Shown here one piece after another: positions 1 to 7,714 of a DNA stretch of 32,000 nucleotides (positions are counted from its first letter, which is position 1; each line of letters begins with the position of its first letter). A program made the translations under genes and the position numbers. Below the pieces are notes generated by a model. The model did no database searches. It worked only from the letters and a program-made list of their open reading frames with translations, and had not been told where the DNA came from. The stretch is taken from positions 1,200,001 through 1,232,000 of the forward strand of contig NC_010814.1 of assembly GCF_000020385.1 (NCBI RefSeq), written 5' to 3'. The stretch is from Trichlorobacter lovleyi SZ (lineage in GTDB: Bacteria; Desulfobacterota; Desulfuromonadia; Geobacterales; Pseudopelobacteraceae).

Positions 1-294
1 TACAACGCTCATCATTATGCATGGTGATGCCGTCCGGCGTCTTGAACATCGCCTTGGGTTTCACCGGGCAGGCCTTGACGCAGGGGGCGTCACTGCAGTG
101 GTTGCAGAGCACCGGAATCGCTGAAAAGTTTACCTTGGGGAATTTCCCCTCTTCTTTGTAGATGAAGTCGGCCCAGTTAAAGGTCTGGCCGTTTGTGCGG
201 GCCTGAGTGTTGTTCTCGGTCTTGCAGCCCAGGGCGCAGGCGCCGCAGCCGACACATTTTTGCAGGTCTATGACCATTCCGTATTGTTTTGCCA
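1..294 (-). CDS. arrB: 4Fe-4S ferredoxin subunit of a molybdopterin oxidoreductase (ArrB-like). N-terminal part only; the gene runs off the left edge.
   Basis: My reverse-complement translation from the ATG at 292-294 gives MAKQYGMVIDLQKCVGCGACALGCKTENN...LCNHCSDAPCVKACP, with two classic CxxCxxCxxxCP ferredoxin motifs. A GGGGGG RBS lies upstream, 20 nt after the stop of the ArrA-like gene. The gene is not in the ORF track because it is truncated. Confidence 0.7.
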
Positions 295-314
295 TCTATC
301 AGATCCCCCCTTTC

Positions 315-2885
315 CTAAGCTTTCTCGATCTTGACGCCGGTGAAACCGCCGTTACGTGCCGTTGCGCCGCTCAAACGGTCAAAGTCTGACGGCATCAGTT
401 CGTTGTTGTTGCCACCCAGGGGTGTCTTGCCGTACTCCTTGGCAGCTACACGGCCGTAGGCCCAGTGACCCTGGCCATAGCACTTGGCCACCGTACCCTG
501 CCGCACGCCCTCCCAGAGACGGGCCTTGCAGGTGATTGATCCGGTGGTGGAGGTCAGGCGGATGGTGTCGCCATCCTTGATCCCCAGCTTTTTGGCATCC
601 AGCGGGTTGATCTTGGCCACGTCATCCCAGCTCTTGTCCCCCACATCCACCTTTTTGAATTCCTGGTACCAGACCGTATTGGCGGAGCGGCCTTCACGGT
701 TGAGGCGTGATTTATGGTCAATAAAGGTGAAGGGATATTCTTTTTCACTGCCGTGACGCTTGGGCGACTCGTAGTGCGGCACAAAGACCAGTTCGCCCTG
801 GGCCTCATAGCCACTGGCCTTGAGGATGTCATCAATGCTGGTCTTGTGTTTGGCAGCGAACAGGGTCAGGGTTTTTTTCAGGGTCTCGCTGTAGAACTCG
901 AACTTGTGGGTAACAGTCTTGAACTTGCCCCAGTTCTTTTTGTAGGCATAGGTCTCGGTGTTGTAGATCCCTTTTTTCTTAAACTCGGCCCAGCTGCTGA
1001 GTTTATCGCCCTTCAGCTTCTCCTTGCCGTTCCAGGCCTTCTGACTGGAGATTTTTGCGGCGATCTCACAGAACTGCGCAGCATTGGTCGGCTTCTGCTT
1101 GGTCTCTGGATCTTCAAAGGAGGCATAGTAGTCATACTGGTTGGCAAAACCCCTTGCCTTGAGTTTTTCGGCCAAAAGCCACATCACCTCGGTCTCTTCG
1201 GCCTTGACGTTCCAGAGCGGTTTGGCGACCTGTTGCTGGATGGAAAGGTGGCCATGCAGGTTGGCCATGTTGGAGATAACCGAGAGCTTTTCAGTCGGCG
1301 CAAAGGTGGCCGGCAGCACGATGTCGGCAAACTGGGTCATCTCCGAGGCATTGGTGACCATATGCACAAAGAACGGTACCTTGGCCATGGCCTTGTCCCA
1401 ACGCTGGGCACCGGTGGCGGAGAAGTTGAAGTTGGACCAGGTGCTGATGAAGATCTGGCAGGCGGCCGGATCTTTCAGGATGCCGTCGGCCACTGCGTTG
1501 GTGACCACGTTGGCCTTGGCGCTTTCAGTTACTTTGCCATCCTTGTCTTTCTTGGAATCAAAGCCACCCATAATAGCTGGCATGTCCTTGGCGCCTCGAC
1601 CGTCCAACTTCTTGCCCTTGCTGCCTTTCTTGGCAAGCTCATCAATAAAGATATCCTTGATTTCAGGAAACTTCGTGCCTGGTGCGCTGGAAGACTGGAA
1701 TACCCCACCCTCGGTCTCAATTGATCCGAGGATACCGTTTAAGGCATAGACGGCCATTGATGCGTAGGTGCCCCGCGGGGTCATGGCCACACCAGGCCCC
1801 ATCCACACCGCACAGGCAGAACCGGCTTTGCCCATGGCTCGGGCAACCTTGATGATCTGTTCAGCCGGGATCAGGGTCTTCTTGGCAGCCCAGGCCGGGG
1901 TCTTGTCCTTCAGTTCAATGTTCCAGTACTTGACGATCCCGTAGGTCTGCTTCTCGGCAAAGGCTGCTTCATCAACCGTGGCACCGGCCTTGAACAGGTT
2001 TTTGCCGTCCTTGAAATCACCCACAAACTCTCTGCTCCAGAGACCTTCGGTCAAAAGCAGATGGGCAATGGCTGAGGCCAGTGCGCCGTCTTCGCCCGGT
2101 TTGATCGGCAGCCACTCATTGGCCTTGGCGGCAATGGAGGAGAGGCGGGGGTCAACAACAATGACGGTCCCCCGGTCAAAGATGTCGCCCAACTTGTTGA
2201 TGGCGTTGGGTACCTGACGGTTGGAGGAGAGCGGGTCACAGCCCCAGGCCACCAGGCATTTGGTCTTGGCCATGTCGTAGTCGCGGTAGCCGAAGAAACC
2301 CTGAGTGTAGCCCGGCCCCATCTTTTCAGCCTCGGCACAGATAGCGCTGTGGGAAAAGTAGTTGCCGGTTCCGTAAATCTTGGGCAGGGTGCCGTACAGC
2401 AGGTCGGTGGAGGTCGGCGAGTAACGGCCACGCATGTAGGTCAGCTTTTCAGGGTGGCCTGTCTTGCGCAACTCGATCATCTTGTCGGCAATGGTGTCCA
2501 GCGCTTCATCCCAGCTGATCGGCACGAACCTGGGGTCGATGCCCTTGCCTTTTTGGGGGTTGGTCCGCTTCATCGGTACCTTGATCCGATCCGGATCATA
2601 GGTCTGCTGGATCATCAGGTGACCACGGGGGCAACAGTAGCCGTTGTTGGCCTTGGAAAGCTGGTTGCCGCGTACCTTGACTATCCGGCCTTCCTGGACA
2701 TAGAACTCAACCGGACACCAGGCCGTGCAGCCCTGGCAGGTAGAGGGCAGCCACTCACCCTTGGGGGCGTTGCCTGCCTTGGCATCATGACCCGCGGCAA
2801 AGGCATTCAACTTCGGCAGTCCCACGGCGGCGACAGCACCGGCTGCGGCGGTAATCTTGAGAAAATCTCTGCGTTTGATCTCCAT
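315..2885 (-). CDS. arrA: Mo-bisPGD oxidoreductase catalytic subunit, a respiratory arsenate reductase ArrA-like (or ArxA-like) enzyme exported by the Tat pathway
   Basis: 856 aa. The N-terminus carries a twin-arginine signal (MEIKRRDFLKITAAAGAVAAV...AFAAG). There is a [4Fe-4S] motif CQGCTAWC-X26/27-CC (CX2CX3CX27C). Size and layout are typical of ArrA/ArxA. Context includes the downstream ArrB-like ferredoxin, an upstream XSR-type sensing system, and arsR-acr3 nearby. Confidence 0.65.
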   Translation of the reverse strand: MEIKRRDFLKITAAAGAVAAVGLPKLNAFAAGHDAKAGNAPKGEWLPSTCQGCTAWCPVEFYVQEGRIVKVRGNQLSKANNGYCCPRGHLMIQQTYDPDRIKVPMKRTNPQKGKGIDPRFVPISWDEALDTIADKMIELRKTGHPEKLTYMRGRYSPTSTDLLYGTLPKIYGTGNYFSHSAICAEAEKMGPGYTQGFFGYRDYDMAKTKCLVAWGCDPLSSNRQVPNAINKLGDIFDRGTVIVVDPRLSSIAAKANEWLPIKPGEDGALASAIAHLLLTEGLWSREFVGDFKDGKNLFKAGATVDEAAFAEKQTYGIVKYWNIELKDKTPAWAAKKTLIPAEQIIKVARAMGKAGSACAVWMGPGVAMTPRGTYASMAVYALNGILGSIETEGGVFQSSSAPGTKFPEIKDIFIDELAKKGSKGKKLDGRGAKDMPAIMGGFDSKKDKDGKVTESAKANVVTNAVADGILKDPAACQIFISTWSNFNFSATGAQRWDKAMAKVPFFVHMVTNASEMTQFADIVLPATFAPTEKLSVISNMANLHGHLSIQQQVAKPLWNVKAEETEVMWLLAEKLKARGFANQYDYYASFEDPETKQKPTNAAQFCEIAAKISSQKAWNGKEKLKGDKLSSWAEFKKKGIYNTETYAYKKNWGKFKTVTHKFEFYSETLKKTLTLFAAKHKTSIDDILKASGYEAQGELVFVPHYESPKRHGSEKEYPFTFIDHKSRLNREGRSANTVWYQEFKKVDVGDKSWDDVAKINPLDAKKLGIKDGDTIRLTSTTGSITCKARLWEGVRQGTVAKCYGQGHWAYGRVAAKEYGKTPLGGNNNELMPSDFDRLSGATARNGGFTGVKIEKA

Positions 2886-2907
2886 CCCATTCCTCCTTTA
2901 CGTGGTA

Positions 2908-3210
2908 TTATTTGTGGCAGTTCTTGCAGTTGGCCTTGACCGTGAAGGCGGTCTTGCCGTTGTGGCAGGCGCCGCAGGATTTGCCCTGTTGCATCTGTTT
3001 CATGGTAACGGTTTTGTGCTGAGCTTTGCTGGTAAACAGACCGGCGTGGCACTTGGTGCATTCCAGGCCCATGCCGACGTGGCTGTCGTGACTGAAGGTG
3101 ACCTGTCCTTTGGGATAGGTAATGACAACGTCGCCGCCGCCTGTGGCGGCAAAGGCCAGCGTGTTTACCAGCAGGGAAAGAAATGCAGCTGCTCCGATGA
3201 TCTGCTTCAT
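2908..3210 (-). CDS. Small periplasmic triheme c-type cytochrome (c7/c3-like)
   Basis: 100 aa with a signal peptide (MKQIIGAAAFLSLLVNTLAFA) and three CXXCH motifs (CTKCH, CGACH, CKNCH). An AAGGAGG RBS lies upstream. The gene ends 22 nt before the arrA-like start. Confidence 0.85.
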   Translation of the reverse strand: MKQIIGAAAFLSLLVNTLAFAATGGGDVVITYPKGQVTFSHDSHVGMGLECTKCHAGLFTSKAQHKTVTMKQMQQGKSCGACHNGKTAFTVKANCKNCHK

Positions 3211-3257
3211 GATTGCTCCTCCTTAATCTGATTCCGATGGTGACTCACGATAATGCT

Positions 3258-3286
3258 ACCATAGCGCAGAGTTGAAAAACGCGCAA
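3258..3286 (-). promoter_or_regulatory. Candidate sigma70-type promoter for the cytochrome/arrA-like operon
   Basis: The minus strand reads TTGCGC-17 nt-TATGGT, about 45 nt upstream of the cytochrome ATG. An AT-rich tract lies just upstream. This is a pattern match only. Confidence 0.3.
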
Positions 3287-3446
3287 CACTATATAATTAT
3301 TGATATTATTTGTGTTACGCGAGCGGATCAGCAGGTGCTGGCTGTGTTGTTGATGGAGCTGTTTATAGAATTAAATCTCTTTAATGGGTCATGCTGGATG
3401 CAGGTACAACAAGCCTTTGCAGCTTTTTGAGGATAGTGCTTTGGGT

Positions 3447-4853
3447 TCAATGGTCTGTTACGATGTCGTAACAATCGGTTTTGGCCGTATCTTCACTGTG
3501 TTCCGGTTCCTGTCGCTTCAGTTTTTCCCAGAGTACCTTGCGGGATATTCCCAGCACTTCGGCAGCCCGGCCCTTTTGGCCACCCAGGCTCTCAAGTACA
3601 CGCAGGATATAACGTCTTTCAAAATCTGCGACCGCATCACGCAACGGGATTCCAACCTGAATCTTTTCAAACTGGCTACCAATATGCAGCGGGGCATCTT
3701 CAAGGGGAGGGAGCTGGTGTTCCCGTATCCGTTGACCGGGATACAGGACGGTGAGCTGTTCGATCAGGTTGCTCAACTCCTGCAGGTTGCCGCTCCAGGG
3801 ACGCAGGAGCAGGGCGTCAAGCAGGCCGGGGGTGAGCCGGATCTGCTGTTCTCGTGTGGGGGCAAAACGTTCAACAAAGTGGGAGGCCAGCAGGGGGATA
3901 TCTTCACGACGCTCCCGCAGGGGCGGTATCGGCAAGGTAACGATGTTGATCCGGTAGAGGAGATCCCTACGGAAGCGGCCATCGGCGGCCAGCAGCTTCA
4001 GGTCGTGCCTGGTGGCACAGATCAGGCGGATATCGAGGGGATGTTGGCTACTGCCGCCGATTCTGGTGGTGGATTGCTCTTCAAGCCGCTTGACCAGACC
4101 TGCCTGGATGTTGAGCGGCAGCTCGGCAATCTCCTCAAGAAAGAGGGTGCCTCCGGTCGCCTTTTCCAACAGTCCTGCCCTGGCCCGGTCTGCTCCCGGC
4201 AGGGCCCCCTTTTCAACGCCAAACAGCTCTGCCTCAATCAGCTGGGTCGGCAGCGCCAGGCAGTTTACCCTGATAAAAGGCTTGTCCTTTCTGCTGCTCA
4301 TGCTGTGGATGGTCTCAGCCAAAAGCTTTCTGCCGGTACCGGTTTCTCCCTGCAGCAGCAGGGGCACCTCGCTGGCGGCAACAATGGTCATGGTGTCCAG
4401 TATGGTACGCATGGCCGGTGAACGGGTAATGATGGTTCTGCTGGTTGCGGTGTCTTCAGACAACGCCTCCAGTTGTTTTTCCAGCCCACGATACTCCAGC
4501 AGACGTTCAAGCTTCAGCATCAGGACATCCACGGAAAACGGCTTGGTAATAAAGTCAAAGGCCCCCAGTTTCATTGCCCGTACTGCCATCTCCACCGTGG
4601 CCTGGCCGGTCATGACCAGAGCGTGTACGGTAGGTTGTAACTGTAGCAGATCAGCCAGCAGGTCAAGACCGTCAACATCGGGCAGTCTGACATCCTGCAA
4701 CAACAGATCAAAGGATTCGTCACTGGCCGCACCCAATGCCTCGGCACCGCTTTTTGCCAGCCGTACCTTGAATCCTTTGCCATGCAAAGCCTCATACAGG
4801 GCTTCACCGAGCAATGGATCGTCTTCAACGAGCAGGAGTTTAAAGGAGTTCAT
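3447..4853 (-). CDS. NtrC-family response regulator (receiver, AAA+ and Fis-type HTH domains) with a non-canonical GAFTGA loop
   Basis: 468 aa. The receiver has DD...D54 (LLLQDVRLPDVDG). Walker A is GETGTGRKLL. The C-terminal HTH reads RAAEVLGISRKVLWEKLK. The sigma54-contact motif reads GALPGA (4191-4208) instead of GAFTGA. Confidence 0.9.
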   Translation of the reverse strand: MNSFKLLLVEDDPLLGEALYEALHGKGFKVRLAKSGAEALGAASDESFDLLLQDVRLPDVDGLDLLADLLQLQPTVHALVMTGQATVEMAVRAMKLGAFDFITKPFSVDVLMLKLERLLEYRGLEKQLEALSEDTATSRTIITRSPAMRTILDTMTIVAASEVPLLLQGETGTGRKLLAETIHSMSSRKDKPFIRVNCLALPTQLIEAELFGVEKGALPGADRARAGLLEKATGGTLFLEEIAELPLNIQAGLVKRLEEQSTTRIGGSSQHPLDIRLICATRHDLKLLAADGRFRRDLLYRINIVTLPIPPLRERREDIPLLASHFVERFAPTREQQIRLTPGLLDALLLRPWSGNLQELSNLIEQLTVLYPGQRIREHQLPPLEDAPLHIGSQFEKIQVGIPLRDAVADFERRYILRVLESLGGQKGRAAEVLGISRKVLWEKLKRQEPEHSEDTAKTDCYDIVTDH

Positions 4854-6327
4854 TGCCGTTCTCCGTCGGTGTCAAGGGAAGGCTGACCGTAAACACGGTT
4901 TTCCCCGGACGGCTGCTGAAGGTGATCGTGCCGCCATGCATTTCAACAATGCTTTTGCAGATGGCAAGCCCGATGCCGGTCCCTTCGCCAGCATGCTTGG
5001 TGGTATAAAAGATGTCAAACACCGTCCGTTGTGCTTCCGGCGGGATGCCGCTCCCCTGATCCTCGACCTCAAGCTGGTAGTAGCCGGGGGTGAGTTGCGC
5101 TGATAAGCGGATTATCCCTCTGAGGGGTGAAGCCTGGGCAGCATTGAACAGCAGATTAAGCAGCACCTGCTGGATCTTGCCTTTGTCCAGCTGCAGCATG
5201 AGCGCTGGGGCGCAGCGGTCTTCAGTCACAAGCTCTACATCAAAGCGCTTGAGCGCCACACGGCTGAATTCGGCACACTCGCTGAAGAAACCCTCACTGG
5301 CAAGGGGCTGTAACTCCAGCGAGGCGGTGCGGCTGAAGTCGCTCAGCTGGCGTACGATCCGCTCAATCCGCTCCACGCCCTGTTTGATTATTTCCATGTT
5401 ACGCAGCTGGTTGCCGCTTTTCTGCTCCAGGTTGTAGATGGAGGCGTTGATCGCTCCCAGCGGGTTGTTTACTTCATGGGCCACACCGGCCACGATCTTG
5501 CCCAATGAGGCCAGTTTTTCACTCTGGACCAATTGTGTTACGGCACGTTTCCGTTCAGCTTCACTCTGCCGCAGACGTTCGAGCATGGTACGGAAGCTTT
5601 CCTGCAGTTTGCCGATTTCATCGGGGCGATCAGGGGGGAGTTCAACCAGCAGGTTGTCGGTGGATACTGAGGCCATTATCTCGGACAGCCGCTGCAGGGG
5701 GCGGGCCATGCTGCGTCCGATCAGGTACGAGGCTGCCATTCCCAACAGAAAAAAAGCCAGCGAGGTTGCTGCGATACGTTTGGCCAGCCCCTGGAGCTGT
5801 GCCTCAAGCGGGGCGGTGGAGACCACAACCCGCAGGGCCCCCCAGCTTTTTTGGTAGATATGCAACGGCATGGCCATATTCAGCAGGGTACCGGACTGTC
5901 CCGGCTGTTTTTGCAGCGAGGCCTGGTAACGTCCTTCCGTGATAGCGGTGCGGGTCAGGAGATCATCGTACTGCTTGCCGTACTCGGTATACTGGTTGTG
6001 GGCCAGGACTTTGCCGTTCTGATCGGTCACGAAGGCAGAGACCACCTTGAGAGTGCTGTTCTTCATGATCTCTTCAATAAAATTGTCCAGCAGGCCACCT
6101 TCCTCAATCACTCCCATTTCTTCGTACACCAGGGCATTAATGATCGGCGAGGAAAGGGAGGTCAGCATCTGGCGCCCTTCATTTTCCAGGTTGCTGTACA
6201 GCAGATTTCGTTCGGTCTTCCAGGCAAAAACGCCCCACAGTGTTGACGACAGTGCCACCATCAGCATGGCAATCAGCACAAACTGCGTCTTGATGCTGAT
6301 AAAGCGGCGGGTCATTTGTGGTGGCAT
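4840..6327 (-). CDS. Membrane sensor histidine kinase (two TM segments, a periplasmic sensor domain, HAMP, HisKA and HATPase domains)
   Basis: 495 aa. TM1 lies at about residues 15-35, followed by a periplasmic loop of about 150 aa, then TM2 and HAMP. The H-box is GVAHEVNNPLG and the G-boxes are DQGSGI / GTGIGLAICK. It overlaps the regulator start by 14 nt. Confidence 0.9.
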   Translation of the reverse strand: MPPQMTRRFISIKTQFVLIAMLMVALSSTLWGVFAWKTERNLLYSNLENEGRQMLTSLSSPIINALVYEEMGVIEEGGLLDNFIEEIMKNSTLKVVSAFVTDQNGKVLAHNQYTEYGKQYDDLLTRTAITEGRYQASLQKQPGQSGTLLNMAMPLHIYQKSWGALRVVVSTAPLEAQLQGLAKRIAATSLAFFLLGMAASYLIGRSMARPLQRLSEIMASVSTDNLLVELPPDRPDEIGKLQESFRTMLERLRQSEAERKRAVTQLVQSEKLASLGKIVAGVAHEVNNPLGAINASIYNLEQKSGNQLRNMEIIKQGVERIERIVRQLSDFSRTASLELQPLASEGFFSECAEFSRVALKRFDVELVTEDRCAPALMLQLDKGKIQQVLLNLLFNAAQASPLRGIIRLSAQLTPGYYQLEVEDQGSGIPPEAQRTVFDIFYTTKHAGEGTGIGLAICKSIVEMHGGTITFSSRPGKTVFTVSLPLTPTENGNELL

Positions 6328-7223
6328 CCGATGCCGCAGCCGGTTGGTATGGCACGGATCATACGGAAGATGTCGGCATAATCCTGCTGACGGGCTGTGG
6401 CAAAACCGTTGTTGAACTCATCATCCCAGTTTTTCATAATCGCCTTGTGCCGGGGGGTGGTGCGATCCAGCTTGAGGAGTGCCCGGGTAATTGCCTCCAC
6501 CACCTCTGGCGGCGTGTCCCGCCTGACCACCAGCGGCACGGCCGGGATCGGTTTGGACCAAGCCAGGATTCGCAGGCCGTGCGGTTTGTATTTTTCGGCC
6601 ACCACATCCTTGACGGCGCCGGCATCAAACTGACCTTTCAGGATCGCCTTGGCCACGGCATCGTGGTGCTGCAGGTTGGTGAAGGATTTCAGATCCTGCA
6701 TGCGTACCTTGTTGTCCCAGAGCAGATAGCGCGGGATCAGGTTGCCTGAGGTGGAATGCGGTGAGCCGAAGGCCATGGTCTTGCCCTTTAATTCTGTAAT
6801 GCTCCTCAATGCAGAGTCGTTGCGGACAATGATGGCGCTGCGGTAAAAGGGAACACCCTCTTTGTTGAGCGGTTTCAGGATCGGCATGGCCTGGTAGCGC
6901 AGATTGGCTTCGGCAAAGGTCACATCCCCCAGTGAGCTGATCTGGGTTACCCCCTGTTGCAGAAAACGGACCGCCTCAGGGTAGTCTTTGCTGATCTTCA
7001 GTTCAAAACGGTAGGGGGTTTCGGCGGTCAGATAATCCATGATCGGCTGGTAACGCTTGTACATGACCAGCGGGTTATAGCGGGGAATCACACCAAAGCG
7101 GATCAACGGCTTTCCGGCAGCTTCGGCCGCCGGCGGTACACACAGCAGAAAGGTGCAGAGCGCCACTGCTGCTGCAAACAAGCTGCCTGAAAGGCCGAAC
7201 CGTTGTAGGGGGAGTACAGTCAT
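6312..7223 (-). CDS. PhnD-family periplasmic substrate-binding protein, a candidate oxyanion-sensing partner (AioX/ArxX-like) of the adjacent kinase
   Basis: 303 aa with a signal peptide. PhnD-type motifs are present (IRFGVIPRYNP..., GSPHSTSGNLIPRY). It overlaps the kinase start by 16 nt, so it forms a three-gene X-S-R unit. The C-terminus is unusual: CGIGCHHK. Confidence 0.75.
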   Translation of the reverse strand: MTVLPLQRFGLSGSLFAAAVALCTFLLCVPPAAEAAGKPLIRFGVIPRYNPLVMYKRYQPIMDYLTAETPYRFELKISKDYPEAVRFLQQGVTQISSLGDVTFAEANLRYQAMPILKPLNKEGVPFYRSAIIVRNDSALRSITELKGKTMAFGSPHSTSGNLIPRYLLWDNKVRMQDLKSFTNLQHHDAVAKAILKGQFDAGAVKDVVAEKYKPHGLRILAWSKPIPAVPLVVRRDTPPEVVEAITRALLKLDRTTPRHKAIMKNWDDEFNNGFATARQQDYADIFRMIRAIPTGCGIGCHHK

Positions 7224-7241
7224 GATTTTCTGCTTGACCTC

Positions 7242-7257
7242 ATCCGCTTATGCGGAT
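7242..7257. promoter_or_regulatory. 16-bp palindrome ATCCGCTTATGCGGAT, a candidate ArsR operator in the divergent arsR / X-S-R promoter region
   Basis: It is an inverted repeat imperfect only at the central dyad (TT AT), lying between a TTGACC -35-like hexamer (7234-7239) and the arsR ATG (7270). A near-identical copy sits upstream of acr3. Confidence 0.5.
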
Positions 7258-7269
7258 ATTTGTTTTGAT

Positions 7270-7611
7270 ATGAAACAGGTTGCCTATCTCTTCAAATCCC
7301 TGTCGGAAGAAACCAGGCTCCGCATCCTGGTGTTGCTGCAGGAGCATGGCGAACTCTGCATCTGTGACCTGATGGCGGCACTGGATCTGCCACAGTCAAC
7401 GGTCTCCCGGCATGTGGCCTATCTGAAAAACGCCGGCTGGCTGCAGGACCGGCGCGGTGGCGTCTGGATGTACTATTCGCTGGCAGCCGGTCTGGGCCGG
7501 CAGCCGGCAGACCTGCTGTTGCTGGTGCGTACTATCTGTGCCGCGCTTCCCGATGTGGCACAGGATCGCCTGCGTTTGCAGGAATACCGTATTGAAAAGA
7601 ACTGTATCTGA
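7270..7611 (+). CDS. arsR: ArsR/SmtB-family metalloregulator
   Basis: The sequence MKQVAYLFKSLSEETRLRILVLLQEHGELCICDLMAALDLPQSTVSRHVAYLKNAGWL contains a winged HTH and the ELCxCD metal(loid)-site motif. The start was chosen at the internal ATG downstream of the promoter-like elements. The ORF-track start (7153) and an ATG at 7222 are alternatives. Confidence 0.85.
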   Translation: MKQVAYLFKSLSEETRLRILVLLQEHGELCICDLMAALDLPQSTVSRHVAYLKNAGWLQDRRGGVWMYYSLAAGLGRQPADLLLLVRTICAALPDVAQDRLRLQEYRIEKNCI

Positions 7612-7641
7612 TTTTTTGTATATATTTTTTGCTATATGTCC

Positions 7642-7657
7642 ATCCGCTTAAGCGGAT
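7642..7657. promoter_or_regulatory. 16-bp perfect palindrome ATCCGCTTAAGCGGAT, the second copy of the candidate ArsR operator, upstream of acr3
   Basis: It is identical to the 7242-7257 site except for one central base. Both copies share a flanking C on the left and an A on the right (CATCCGCTTAWGCGGATA). It lies 58 nt upstream of the acr3 ATG and overlaps a GATAAT -10-like hexamer. Confidence 0.5.
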
Positions 7658-7714
7658 AATAGATGATGAAAATGCTGCTTGGGAAGATATTTTTTTAGTG
7701 GGGAGGTTTGCGTC

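Noticed and set aside
714-1724. Long plus-strand ORFs (336 aa and 202 aa) lying opposite the arrA-like gene. Similar antisense ORFs occur at 3384-4421, 4012-5103, 7733-8722, 9697-10464, 16559-17260, 25339-26112 and 30669-31475.
   Set aside because: They lie fully inside strongly supported genes on the other strand. Their composition is low-complexity and biased (Gly/Leu/Arg/His-rich), which is typical of shadow frames in GC-rich DNA. They also lack an RBS and recognisable motifs.
3247-3261. A sigma54-like motif, TGGTAGCATTATCGT, on the minus strand upstream of the triheme cytochrome gene.
   Set aside because: The -12 element reads CGT instead of TGC (GG-N10-GT), and the -24 element is TGGTAG. 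This is too degenerate to call without experimental support.
7153-7269. The N-terminal extension of arsR in the track ORF. This includes the ATG at 7222, which has a GGGGAG upstream.
   Set aside because: The extension would overlap the divergent PhnD-like gene start and would place the promoter-like hexamer and the palindrome inside the coding sequence. ArsR proteins normally begin only a few residues before the LFKxLxDxTRLRIL helix. I kept it as an alternative, and it is not excluded.
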